Shown one piece after another: positions 41,557-57,050 of a stretch of DNA of 64,000 bases (its first letter is position 1; every line of letters begins with the position of its first letter). The notes beneath the pieces were generated by a model that was not told the origin of the DNA, did no database searches, and saw nothing but the letters and a program-made list of their open reading frames with translations. Source of the DNA: Octopus vulgaris (taxonomy: Eukaryota); NCBI GenBank assembly GCA_951406725.2, contig OX597835.1:45260001-45324000 (forward strand). Direction: 5' to 3'. A program made the position numbers and the translations under genes.

Positions 41557-41766
41557 ATGAGCTTATACGACAAAGGTTAACATACTTCTTCAATGGATAT
41601 TGACGAAGTGCTAAGAAGTTTAACAAGTTACATCATATATATTATGCGTATGTATTTATCTTCAGAATCATAGATGTAAGTAAAGGTAATCTAAAATAAA
41701 CTAACATAAAAATTATAAGGTAAAGTAAGAAGATATAAAGAAAAGATAAATATAAATGTATGTGAA

Positions 41767-41814
<48 letters not shown>

Positions 41815-42282
41815 GGTAAAAGAAAACAAAATACTTAAATATGGAAGGATAGAAAAGTTTTATCATAAAATTAATGAAAGATAAGCTAGATAATAAAAAT
41901 GTAATTAGTCGACCGTTATACATGAATCATTTTCATTGGGTGGTAACAGATAGAGTTCAGGAAATATATGGATGCTCAGCGTTCACATGAAATTATGTCA
42001 TAATTAAAACCAAGTATAGACAAAAGTTTGAAATGCCTGAGCGTTAAGATGTGTAACTTGGAAGTCTTAAATGTAAACTCGTAGTCGTCAATATATTAAG
42101 CGTATACATTTATATTTATGTATTTACACATTCTTGAACTATCACTAGCGTCCTTATGGGTTAAAAAAAAGACAATCTTTGCAGAGAACAGTTGCCGTTT
42201 AGAGAAACAGAAGAGATGCCTAGGTCACGCTACACATGAAACCAATAGGTTTTTTGTAAACTGGTACGTTACACATACAAAT

Positions 42283-42359
<77 letters not shown>

Positions 42360-43167
42360 CATACATACATACATACATACATACATACATACATACATAC
42401 ATACATACATACACTCACACACAAAAAAATATATTTATAACATTTATTTTCATTTGTTTATTTTCAGAAAGGCTAAGTTGTGAGAATTATTTTATAGGAA
42501 GTTTAATAATATCTAGAATTGATCATTTAAGAGATCAAATAAAAAGAACGGTTGAACGATGGAGTGAAGAGAAAAAGAATAAAACAAAAAACATGAAAAT
42601 AATATAGTAGAATAAAAAGCAGCATACATTAGATATTTGATATAGTGTTGCATATTTTGTTTGTAATTAATAATTAGTGACTAAATAAATAATCAAAGGA
42701 GAGATTTCTTCATTAAATGTTGGAACTGCGTATCATATATGAAGTCAGCGTAGTATTTGTATTTCTGATCGATATTTTGCTAAGGTAGATTAGAACTATT
42801 TAGTTCTAAAAAAAACTATTTAGTAGCTTAACTGAGTTTTGTTATATAAAGATGATCTAAGAAAGAGAAATTATATAATTTACTCTGTAAAAATAAGAAA
42901 GAAATGACACATATACTAGGAATTTATAGGTAGGGAAATGTTATTTATATATTACGAAAGAAATGAAACAAAATGATTATTGGAATATAACCATTTATAT
43001 TTATTTCATGCATGTCATAGAAATATGTATATTAAGGCAAGATATTACATATTTTATATTGTATAAAATTATAGCTATAATGATGGTTCTAAAATGTATC
43101 TAATAAATTCAGTGTTGTAAAAATATCATTGGTTAATCAGGAATGTAACAATTAACGATGTTAATAA

Positions 43168-43395
43168 TTAATACTTAGGACTGTGTGTGCAAGCCGAGAA
43201 TTGTTTAACTCTCTCATTTAATAATCGATTAATTGAGAAAAGGATATTATAGCACTCTGGTGTGCAGAGTTGGCAACTTCTATCTAGTGATTGGTAAGGT
43301 TTTGCAGAATATATAATCTTCCATCGAATTTTAAAACTGATATTACTCTCTATTAATTTCCAGATTAATTTACTGAGACTGCTCCATTCACTTAC
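43168..43395 (-). pseudogene. Second Penelope-like GIY-YIG C-terminal relic
   Basis: SLSKLIWKL..WKII..PY..CQLC..E..LLNER..CTH, homologous to ~40110-40340. Confidence 0.78.
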
Positions 43396-43420
43396 AATAT
43401 ATGTATGTATATATATATAT

Positions 43421-43812
43421 TCTTTTATTATTTTACTTGTTACAGTCATTTGGCTGCAGCGATGCTGGAGCACCACGTTTAGTCGAACAAAAAACCCCAG
43501 TACTTATTCTATCGGTCTCTTTTGCTGAACCGCTAGATTACTAGGACTTCAATTCAACAACAACGGTTTTCAAGCGATGGTGGGGGACAAACACACACAC
43601 ACACACACACTCAGAAAATATGTATACAAACATATATTTATATATGACAGGCTTCTTTCAGTTTCTGTCTACCAAATCTACTTACAAATCTTTGGTCGGC
43701 CCAAGGATATAGTAGATGACACTTGGCCAAGGTTCCACGCACTGGGAGGGACTGAACACGGAACCATGTGGTTGGGCAGCAAGCTTCTTACCACACAGCC
43801 ACTCATGCGCCC
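43421..43812 (-). mobile_element. Family-B SINE
   Basis: Reverse complement of the family-B head and tail. Confidence 0.82.
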
Positions 43813-43827
43813 CTCTATATTTGCATT

Positions 43828-43945
<118 letters not shown>

Positions 43946-44716
43946 TTCCACGCTTGAAATTCATGCTCGTCCCCATTGTGTGCTTCTGTTATTTTTTTGG
44001 GGGTAGGGGGTGTCTTCTTTAATGTTAAAGCTTGATTATCATCGAGAAAGCAGCCTCGTTTCTAAAGGCCTTCCTACATTTAAGACCCTTCCAGTTCATG
44101 TGCAGTTGCATCCGATTGATCCTCCTTGCAAACAGGTATACAGTGAGATTTCCCTATTTTCATAAGATAGTGTGTGACTAGTGACTAGAACGATAATTTA
44201 AAGATGGTTACTGTGTCATTGATTTTTGCATCCACTGACGTCTGTTATTAGCACTTCCTTCAGTATATCGCCATAAACGGAGGGGAACATTTTGCCTCAT
44301 GCATTTATTATATATATGACTATCGTTATTATATGCATTCTTTAATTCAACAGTTGGTCATATAAGTTTAGCTTTAATGCGAAACCTTATTACGTCCCGG
44401 ATTTAAAGCAATATATACATATTAACTCTGTATGAGATATTCAAGATAACACCATTTCTGTACTTTTGTTTTCACGTAGGGACTTTTCTGTATAACTCTA
44501 ATGCATACAATTAATTTTCTTTTTCTTATTTAGTATTTTGAGGGGGAAATATCTCGTCTCTTGAGGATTGTGTGATGTGCAATGTGAAACAGATATTTGT
44601 CACTCGCACAAATATATGTATATGTATATATATGCATACTCATTCACACACAGACACAAATGCATGTGGGTGGGTGTAAATATATACATACATACATAAT
44701 GCATACATACATACAT

Positions 44717-44777
<61 letters not shown>

Positions 44778-44796
44778 TAAATAGATAGATAGATAG

Positions 44797-44883
<87 letters not shown>

Positions 44884-45771
44884 AAGATAGATATACTAAT
44901 GCATTCGCATATATTTTCAGTCACTTCATATATTAATTTGCAAAGATATCCTATAGACATATTCACACACACGCACTCGCAGATACAAACACACACTCAC
45001 TCATACACATCCGCACATACACACACATATATTCGTATATGTAAATACTTATATGTGTGTGTGTGTGCATGCATATCCACGCACTCAAACGTGCACAATG
45101 CAGATTGCTTCATTCGGAGAAAACTACACTGCAATTGCGCAAAGGCTGTTAAAAAAAGCGAACTCTTTGCTGACATGTATAAATTCGTAGCAGGCCTACC
45201 CACAACTCCTTTCCACCCCAACACTTTCAAAGAAGGAAAGGAAATGAAAAAAAACAAAATTAAATAAACAAAATTATAAGAGAGGATGTGAGTTGGATTT
45301 AATAAATGAAAGAGAAATAAGCGATTGGATGGAGATAATTCGCTTCTCCGTATTTTTGTAAATGCATATGAAATCGCGGGTTCCTGATTCATGTAAAGAA
45401 TATCTTTTCCACGAATCTACATATACGTACTTACCATGTTAGGAAGAATATTCACCGCAACATCAATGAGTTAGAAAGATGATGGGGATGATGATGATGA
45501 CGACGATGATGATGATGTGAATGGTATATTTATATATGTATTTGCTTTTGCATCTATGTGGGATAATATGCACATGTCTCTCTCTATATATGTGTGTGTG
45601 TGTGTGTATTCATATGTTATAATATATATACATACATATATACATACACACACACATATATATATATATGTTCATATAAATATAAGTATACACTCACACA
45701 AACACACAGATATATTAACGATGATGATCATGAAGATATGATAATGATGATGATGATGATGATGATGATGA

Positions 45772-45830
<59 letters not shown>

Positions 45831-45845
45831 AAAAGAAAATAAGAA

Positions 45846-45912
<67 letters not shown>

Positions 45913-46701
45913 TACGATATAAATAAAGATGCCAGATAAATTGCAGAAAGACAAAAAAAAAAAATGGGGAAAAGAAATGCCCCCAAAAAATAAAGCAAAA
46001 ACAAAAATAACAAAACCAACAACCTGCGATGATCAAAGAATGAATATTGATATCACAGTTCGATAGCTGAGATAATAAAATAGATGTTTCGTGTTGTTGT
46101 GAGTATTAGGAAACAGTAGAAATCAACATGCTGTTTATAACATCCTTTAAAACTCTCTTTTATCTAACAATAACGCTAACACTAAAACCGTTCCACCAAC
46201 CCAGCAGCAGCGCCATCTGCCCGACACACCAGCACGCTTATTTATTAATACTAATCCTCGTACTACTTAATAATTTCGCTTTCATTTTTTTTTCTTCCTT
46301 CCTTCCTTCTTTCTATTCTTTCTTTCTTTCTTTCTTTCTTCCTTTCTTTTTCCTTCCTCTCTTTCTTATTTCTTTCTTTCTTTTGTTTCCTTCTCTTTTT
46401 CTTTCTTCCTTTTTTTCTATCGTGTTTTGTTTTTTCTTCATTTCGCTTTTTACATCTTCCGCCTTTCATTCATTTCATTCACGTCTTCATTCGTTGATTC
46501 TTTGATATCCGTATTTATGCCTTCATTCTTTCTTTCATTTATCTTTCCTTCTTCTTTTCCTTCGTTTCATTCAGTCTTTCTTTCTACCTTTTTCGTTTCT
46601 TTCCTTCTTTCTTTCTTTCTTTCTTTCTTTTCTTCTTCTGCATATCATTCAGCCGCGCTCTCTCTTTCTCTCTCTCGTTCTTTGTCTCTATATTTATTAT
46701 C

Positions 46702-46749
<48 letters not shown>

Positions 46750-46821
46750 TGGAGTGGGATGTGTATGTATATATATATGTGTGTGTGTGCGTGTGTATAT
46801 ACATGTATCTATGTATATACT

Positions 46822-46882
<61 letters not shown>

Positions 46883-47923
46883 AGAGAGACATAGAGAGAT
46901 ATATAGATGGATAGATGGATAGATAGAGAGACACAAACACATAAATTGTGTACATCTCCCCATCCCACCGACAATTTCTATCTACCTGTACACATTTCCA
47001 TCTTTTTCCATATTTACTTACCTTGGTGCCACTTATCTCTGTATCGTTGTATTCCTCTCCACCTCTTTCCACCTCTACATGTGCTTTGTCACGTGCCTAA
47101 CTTACGAGGTTTCTGACAAATCCTTTTACGTTTCTAGCCATCATATCCTAATTTTCCGTTTGCCAAATCCTACCCCTTCTCTCTCTCTCCCTCTTTCAAG
47201 TCACTAATATTCTTTCCTACTCCCCTCTACTAAGCCAACATAAGGCTATTTCGTCCTGTTTTTCATGCTACTCTTTCCTTTTATATTTGACCGTTGGACC
47301 GGATAATCATCTCCTTTGGCTGTAGATTTCGTAAATTTTCTTTGCTTTCGTTTCTCTCCGACAAAGCAGAAAGAGACTTTATCTTTCCCGTTTGCATTGC
47401 TTTTTTTTTATTCTTAATTCTGTCGCTAAAACGAAAGATGTATGTAGGTCTGTTTCGTTTTGTATCTTTTCAATTTTTCCTCCCAATGCGTCTTTATTAA
47501 ACATTCGGTCTACGAACCTCATTTTTTTTTCCTCTTCTTGCTATTGTTAGTCTAATGCATCAGAACGTCGATACTCAATCAGAATATGCTGGTGACACTT
47601 CTCTATTGAACCATAACGTCGATATGTGCCTAAAATGTGTTTATATTTGGTTCAAAATTGATGAGAGAAGTTGTGACTATGAGTTCAAGATATTTCTTAT
47701 TTTTATTGTCCCGCGGATTTCTTTGTCAGTTTGTACATTGTTGTCGTTATATATATATTTGCGTACAGCGTAGAAGTACATGTATTTGTAAATATAAATA
47801 CACAAACACACATGCACTCCACACTCACACAACACAAGTAAACAGAGAGACAGGTATATATATGTAGCAGAAGCATCAAGGACCAAGTTTTTCTTGAGTT
47901 GACACAAAAGAATAAACATGCAT

Positions 47924-48039
<116 letters not shown>

Positions 48040-48257
48040 ATATTTTGTGAAATAGAAAGATGAATAATCTTGTTGCAGATTAATTAAAAGTTTAACCGAT
48101 ATCTTGGTAGCAAAAATCACAGCAGAAGGCAGCACGGTTGGAGGTACAACCATATGGTGTTGCAACCATGCGTTGGTGCGGATAATTGAATTTTAATATT
48201 ATTAGTGAATTGAAGAAATGGAGTTGAACCAAGATTGAACAGAAATCGTTTTATTGC

Positions 48258-48338
48258 ATTCTACACGTGTTTCGAAAGCCACAATTTACCAAATTCCGAT
48301 TGAATAAGGAGACCATATTGTGTCTTTCTCTTCAGGAA
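48258..48338 (-). ncRNA. Hammerhead-ribozyme motif followed by AATAAA
   Basis: ttc-CTGAAGA-gaaagacacaat..attgtggctttc-GAAAC-acgt-GTA-gaa; 11 of 12 pairs in stem II. Confidence 0.72.
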
Positions 48339-49342
48339 GAAATAGGAAATCCGTTGGCAAAAACAAAAACAGAACAGAGGTGCAGCAAAACAAATCGAAC
48401 GAGGCTCCTAAGAGCCCATAGTCAAACTGTTTATCAATGTATGTTGAAATCGGGTGGTGGGTGCGTTGAAGATTTTAACAGGTCAGGCAGCGGTCATTCC
48501 GGTGGGTGAGAGCACGGGGTGCGTAGATGTTCTTTGTGACCGAGACTAAAGTTCTGACTATTTAAAGAATATTAGGTGTATTATATGGGGCGAGGCAAAA
48601 TCTACTTAGAAACATGTGTGTGTGAACTGTTCTATATGTGCGCGGCCGCAAGTTGGTAAGAAGCGCTACACACTGGTCACTGCTGAGAAATCCGTCAGGG
48701 GGGTAGAAAATATTTTATGTGTTCGTATGTGCGCTTAATCGCGCGGCCGTCAGTTGATAAACAGCCCTACACAATGGTCACTGCTGAAAAATCCGTTTGA
48801 CGACGGGGGGTTTCTTTGACAAGGCATGATTAGACGAACACACGCACACATAAAATATTTTTCTGCCGCCTGACGGATTTTTCAGCAGTGACCATTGTGT
48901 AGGGCTGTTTACCAACTGACGGCCGCGCGATTAAGCGCACATACGAACACATAAAATATGTTCTACCCCCTGACGGATTTCTTAGCAGTGACCAGTGTGT
49001 AGCGCTTTTTACCAACTTGCGGCCGCGCACATATAGAACAGTTCACACACACATGTTTCTAAGTAGATTTTGCCTCGCCCCATATAATACACCTAATATT
49101 CTTTAAATAGTCAGAACTTTAGTCTCGGTCACAAAGAACATCTACGCACCCCGTGGTCTCACCCACCGGAATGACCGCTGCCTGACCTGTTAAAATCTTC
49201 AACGCACCCACCACCCGATTTCAACATACATTGATAAACAGTTTGGCCATGGGCTCTTAGGAGCCTCCTCGTTCGATTTGTTTTGCTGCACCTCTGTTCT
49301 GTTTTTGTTTTTGCCAACGGATTTCCTATTTCATATATTAGA
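48339..49342. mobile_element. ~1-kb fold-back (arms 48339-48796 and 48873-49332) built from a GC-richer element with a Helitron-like 5' end
   Basis: Arms differ at only ~10 positions; internal ~100-bp subrepeat gtcactgctga(g/a)aaatccgt; minus strand begins A|TCTAATATATGAAATAGG. Confidence 0.85.
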
Positions 49343-50050
49343 TAGTTTACGTGTGCCTAATGGAAATAAATGTTAAACCATTGAAGAAAAATGTCCTGTG
49401 ATATTGGTTTGGTCTCTCTATGAATTTGCGTTCCACTATGTTAGAGGTCAGATTTTCCGGGCATATTTCTGACGTCCTTTCAAACAAGAATCTTATACAG
49501 GCATGGATGAAATACAGTTTCAATCCGGTCTTTGGTATCCGATTAATAATTACGATAAGGATTACACAACGCAATAAATATTTCCTTTGTTATAGAGAAA
49601 TATTAACATACACCTCAATGTACATGTGTGTATGAGTCTGTGTGTGTGTGCGAATATACAAATAGATGTGTATGTGTGCATGTGTGCGCATGTGCATGTG
49701 TGTGTATGTACATATATATATATATTTATATGCCCACAGCTCTGCAACAAACGAAATTTTAATTAGTTGAGATAATTCTTAACGGAGGTAAATAAGGATG
49801 GAAGCAAGATCACACACGGAACAGCATTTCATTCATGTATTTATAAATATTACTGAGATCCGAATCGCGCTTCCATTTCACATATTTTCGATGCACATTA
49901 CAACATTCCATTCTGTTGCTGGTAAATATGTGTATCCTTGAAATATATATATATATATATATATTCAAGTGGATTTACAGATTGTTTTCTCTTATGAGGT
50001 TTTTCACGCTAACTACTTGATAATTTATTATGAAAATTTTATCCTATTTT

Positions 50051-50090
<40 letters not shown>

Positions 50091-50093
<3 letters not shown>

Positions 50094-50540
50094 CAGGCGT
50101 CACTGTATGGTGAGACACTTTCATATCGACCACATGGCTCCGGGTTCAGTCCCACTGCGTGGCACCTTGGGCAAGTGCCTTCTATAGCTTCGGACCGACC
50201 AAAGCCTTGTGAGTTGAATTAGTAGACACAAAGTGAAACAAATCCGTCGTGTGTGTATACACACACACACACGTATCTATAATTATGGTCCTTCAGTCAC
50301 TACAGGACTTGATAAATTCAATCGCCACTACTAATTTCAGGCCACGACAGATAGAGAGGGTGCTTGAACTTTCGGAAATGGTAATTACATATCACCTGAC
50401 GAAACACAACTACAATGCTGGGAAACGATTGCATAATCAAGTACCTCTATGCTTGTTGAAATGCGTTGCGTCGAAACAATTGTAGTGATTGAAAATATAT
50501 TTACAACCTTACTCCTTCTTGTGATTCCAATTTTATCGAT

Positions 50541-50583
<43 letters not shown>

Positions 50584-51125
50584 ATGTGTGTGTATGTACA
50601 TATGCGTGTATGTGTGTGTGCGTGTGTGTGCTTGTGTGTGTGTGTGTGTGTATGTGTGCGTATGTATATGTGCGTGCGTGTGTGTGTGTGTTTGTGCATG
50701 CGTATCCTTCCTGTTGAAGAGCGTTGGCTCGAAATGTAAAAGACTTTCTCAGTTCCCGAGCGTTAAACTAATACATCTGTTTGTTTTTTTACACATCCGT
50801 CTTCGTCTTTGGTTTGTTTTTTTTCGTTTGTAAATTCCAACAATCGGTGTGTGTGTGTGTGTGTGTGTGTATGCCTGCGCATGCTTGTGTGTATAGATTT
50901 ATGTGTGTGTAAGTTTGTGTCTTTGTCCCCAACCATCGCTTGACAACCAATCTAGGTGTGTTTACGTCCTCGCAACTTAGCGTTACGGCAAAAGCGTGAG
51001 AGAAAATAAGTACTACTCTTACAAAGAATAAGTTTTGGTGTCTATTTCTTCGACTAAAGTCGATGCTCTAGTATGGCCGCAGTTAAGTGACTGAAACAAG
51101 TTAAAAGAATGAAAGAATAAAAGAA
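50091..51125 (+). mobile_element. Family-B SINE split by microsatellite expansion and nested Penelope-like fragments
   Basis: Head 50091-50250, tail 50915-51125; the intervening islands carry hammerhead motifs. Confidence 0.7.
50391..50489 (+). ncRNA. Hammerhead-ribozyme motif
   Basis: atcac-CTGACGA-aacacaac..gttgcgtc-GAAAC-aatt-GTA-gtgat; perfect 5-bp stem I. Confidence 0.68.
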
Positions 51126-51323
51126 AATACGAGTAGAAGCAACTCCGGTGAAAGAACCATTGATTCTCTATCTCTTTCAATATTTCGCCATCGATCAATG
51201 TGCCGATTGAGTACACCAATCAATAACGAACCTATAATGCCTACTGGGACCATTTGTAAGTCAAATTTGCTACAATAAAGAAATATGTGCATATGTAATG
51301 ACAATTATTTATGCCTTGTCACG

Positions 51324-51403
<80 letters not shown>

Positions 51404-53287
51404 AGAGAGAGGGTGTGTGTGTGTGTGTGCGAGAGAGAGAGGGTGTGTGTGTGTATGTGTTCTGCAAATCGATGTAAAAAAAAACTAATTGCCGTCAAAC
51501 AAGCAGCATTGAGTCATTACATCCTGTATGGGTTGTGGCCAGAAATCCTCTCTCAAATTGTAGTCCGTGTGGAATTACATGCTTCTAGACATTTCATACA
51601 CAAATACACTACTAAATATCATGATGTACTCCAAAATATTGGTGTCAACTTTTGGCAAAATACCATCTATTTCGGGGAGGCGGGGTTAAGTCAATCACAT
51701 CAATCACGCTTTTCAACTGGCACTCGCAAAAAGGATGAAAGGCAAAGATGACCTCAGAGGAATTTGAACCGAGAAAGTAATGACTCACAATATGCCATTA
51801 CTTATATACTAGCGTCGGATTAGCAGAAATTCCTAGGATGTCGAATGGAATTGTCCGCAGTATTTGTTCGGAGACACTGCATAACTGAGTTCAAAACTCG
51901 GCAAAATCATATTCGCCCTCCAGACTTTTGAGGTAAAAAAAAAATTCTTTCCATCACGATGGCTTTTTGCGATAGGATGTCTTGCATTATATGTTTCGGC
52001 TCCTTCCAATTTTAGCTTAAATTTAGTGTCCTGATCTTCGGTCGTAGGTTCTATTTCATAATCCGGTTTAACATAAGAAGTAGCTCCTATTTCAGTTGCA
52101 ATAAGTGCAAGTGTCACCTCTCTTGCTATCAATTCCAACAGGTCTCCGATCTTGGGAATAATTCCTCCATTCCCCTTGGGTCCGGAAACGCTGTAACGAG
52201 ACGGGAACAATGATTTCGCTCCGGAATTTAAGATGATTTGAAAACTGTCTTACAAAGCAAGCATGATCAGAACTGCCCAATTTTAGTCAGACCTCCATTC
52301 TAGATGTGATCCAGGTGAAAATAGCAATAGTTATGCTTCTTAATGACATGGGAAGAGTAACCATGTGGAGACAAAGCATGTTGTCTGAGCGTTTGGAGTT
52401 GCAGCAAATATTTTGCGATAGTATGCGTTGGTGTTGATTGTTTGTTGAGCTTAGAGAATTAATAATTCACAACTTTTAGAATGTGAGGAAAATGTTAATT
52501 ATAAAAATGCTTTTATGAGTTCTTGAAAAAAAAAACACTCCTTAGTTCTAATCTAATTTGGTCAGATAATGAAAACCGATAATTTGATTGCGGACGATGA
52601 CAATGACGCTTCGAGACATCGTTTTAATTGAAAAGACCAAAGAAGGATAAAACAAATAAGAAATCAGGATATTAGCTGAAACAAGACAGAGAATGGAAAT
52701 ACAAATAGAACAAAATAATAGAACCAGCGAATATCATTTATATATTACTACAATTACTATATAAATATAATCAGTTGATGAAGATGAGAAATACTTCATT
52801 TGTGATTCCAGAGAAAATAATTTTCACGGCAAAGTAAAACATATCTACTTGGATACGAATGAGCATTGTTTAAATTTCCCATGCTGGGAAACTGGAAGTG
52901 TGAAAAGTCTACAAAGTTGACTGTTTCTTATACTTAGAGATATGACAATGCGTTTTGCTAGCAGCCAGAGTGTTTCTCTCACATGCATGAAATTGATTCC
53001 TGGACTGGGCACTAGGTTTTGTGCATAGAAAGGTATTTCGTTTTGCGATGCTGCAGTCTCCTCGGCTGTATTGAATAGGAACCGAGGACAGAGCTGATCC
53101 TCCATTCAGGTTGTTTCATTGAGTCAAATTTGGAAATATCGCGAAGGATTCTATGTCTGCTCGCTGCAACATAAGTCTCTCAAAGCAATTACCAAATGTT
53201 TGGCAGATGCTATTAAATCTTCCTTGCTTACAACCACCGGCGACGACCATGATCGGTATGACGTCAGTAGATTAATATCAAATCACT

Positions 53288-53620
53288 GAGACCCCCTTCG
53301 GTAATGACCGTGGAATGACACCTAGAAAGTTACCTTCCCAGGAACAAGTCCAGGCAAGGTTGTTTATGAAAGACCAGCAGTCGCCCATGCACAGCGGACT
53401 CCCCTCTCTACGCCACCGATGTTATCAAAGGGAAAGGCAAAGGGGCTGATTCAGCTTGGCACCTGTAAGGTTGTAACTCGTTTCTACAGCTTAGTGAACT
53501 GGAGCAAAGTGAAATAAAGTGTCTTGCTCAAGAAAACAACACGCAGCCCGGTCTGGGATTCGAACTCACAAACTCACGATCGTAAGCTCGACGCCCTAAC
53601 CACTGGGCCATGCGCCTTCA
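53288..53620 (-). mobile_element. Family-D tRNA-derived SINE
   Basis: gtgaaggcgcatggcccagtggttaggg..gagttcgaatccc..ttgagcaagacactttatttc..accgaaggggg; homologous to 63317-63630. Confidence 0.82.
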
Positions 53621-53907
53621 CAAATCTCAAGTAATACCAACATTATTATTAGTTATTTTATTGATCACTGGTATTTGCTTGCAAGTCAATCGAGCCAAAT
53701 TATCAAACAACGACATTCCATCGAGCTCAAATTTGTCTTCCATATCTTCCCGTTTGGAATTGCTGACACAATAAAATCAAGGGTGATGCAGTAGCGTCCT
53801 GGACTCGTACTTGCTCTCCTTTTTATCGATATGTACCACAACAAAGAGGTCTATGAGGAATGAAGAATGCAAAGTGACAAAAGAATCGAAATGCGTACAC
53901 ATAGAGA

Positions 53908-53969
<62 letters not shown>

Positions 53970-54000
53970 CATATACATATATACATACATACATAAAAAT

Positions 54001-54065
54001 GGCGGTGCCCCAGCATGGCCACAGCTTGTGAGCTGAAACTAGATAAATAAGAAATAAAAAAATAA
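54001..54065 (+). mobile_element. Very short CR1-group 3'-end fragment
   Basis: ggcggtgccccagcatggccacagc..gagctgaaactag plus A-rich tail, like 13259-13310. Confidence 0.6.
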
Positions 54066-54471
54066 ATACATACATACATACATACATGCACTCGTACTTT
54101 CATATTTATACACAGACACACACACACACACACAAACATATATAGTGTAAACAGAGTTAGCGGTTATAGTAACCGACTAAGGGATAAAATATCCGTGTGT
54201 CCTATCGGTATCCGTTACTCGTGTTACCTCCGGGCATTGGTGTGCAGACATACCATACACGTAGAGTGCAGGTAACAACTGGATAATCAAGAGTTCATCA
54301 GGAAACAAATTTAACAAGTTTATCAAGAAAACCACAGATTAACAAACACACCGTTTTGGATCATATTTATAGCATTTTTTTAATACAAGACATGACATAT
54401 AAAATACATGACGTAACAAACCGATATGTTTGTTAATCTGAGATATTCTCCATTTTCTGATTATTTGTATG

Positions 54472-54502
<31 letters not shown>

Positions 54503-55589
54503 AGTTTGTACGTATAAATATAAGCTTGCAAATTGTACCAACGTTCAATCAATTGCCTTGTAATGTCTGTTCCGGCACTTGTAATATCGTGCCAACTACG
54601 ACTTATACCAATAAATGAACATATTACTCGTTCTCTGTTAAAAATAAAATAAAAAACTCTCCATCAACCTGTGTGCCTGTATTGAAGTAATTAACTCTAG
54701 GGAGACAGGACAGGAAGAATGACATACATATATTACTGTAAGAGCAAAAAAAAAAAATACAACTAAGTTTCCATCATGTTACTAAAGAAGCATTTACTCC
54801 GACAAATACGGTGTCCGAATTCAAAGGCAGCGTAATAGTCGTGCATGGAATGTCTTTGTTTATACGATCAGAGCTGTTTTCCTCCGATTAAATAACAATA
54901 AATAGTTAAAAGAGTTAATAATAATGATGTTGCTACATAATTAACGACTTCAGATAATTATAAAAAGCATAAGCGTCACTCACAAGCGAAATTGAATTGA
55001 TAGCCTATATTAAGTGTTTCTCTCTCATGATCTACGATTTGAGATGAGGATTTAAAGATCATAAGCCACATTAAAGATCAGGATGTGCAACTTCACAACA
55101 GCATACACGGGATGTGAAATAGTAGACTATTCCGCAGATTTAACATAACATTTTAGAGAACATGAAATTTACTGATTAACGGCAGAATTTTATACCTGTG
55201 AAGGGTTATTGGATAAGCAGGTCCATCCTGATTAAAAGAGAAGAAAGAATATTGGACCTAAAGAAACCCATCGTGTAGTGGAGACATATACAAAGAAAAT
55301 GCTTATGAGAAATCTATAATATAAAAAATCTGGGGAAAAATTAAGACATCGCATACACACAAACACACATACTCACATACACACACGTGTAGGTTATGCA
55401 ATGCCGAGAATATAGATTCTATATTGTAGTGCAAATATATATTGGAGGATATATATTCAGTAATTACTTCTACCCGGAATATCTTTCAAAAGATGATATC
55501 TTCTCTCAATTTTATGCAATGCTTTGGAATTAAATAATATGGAACAATGTAATGTATGCAAATTATATTCGCTCATCTGTCTGTTAATG

Positions 55590-57050
<1,461 letters not shown>

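Noticed and set aside
54140-54310. Minus-strand CTGATGA as another hammerhead
   Set aside because: No matching GAAAC..GUH half or stem II found.
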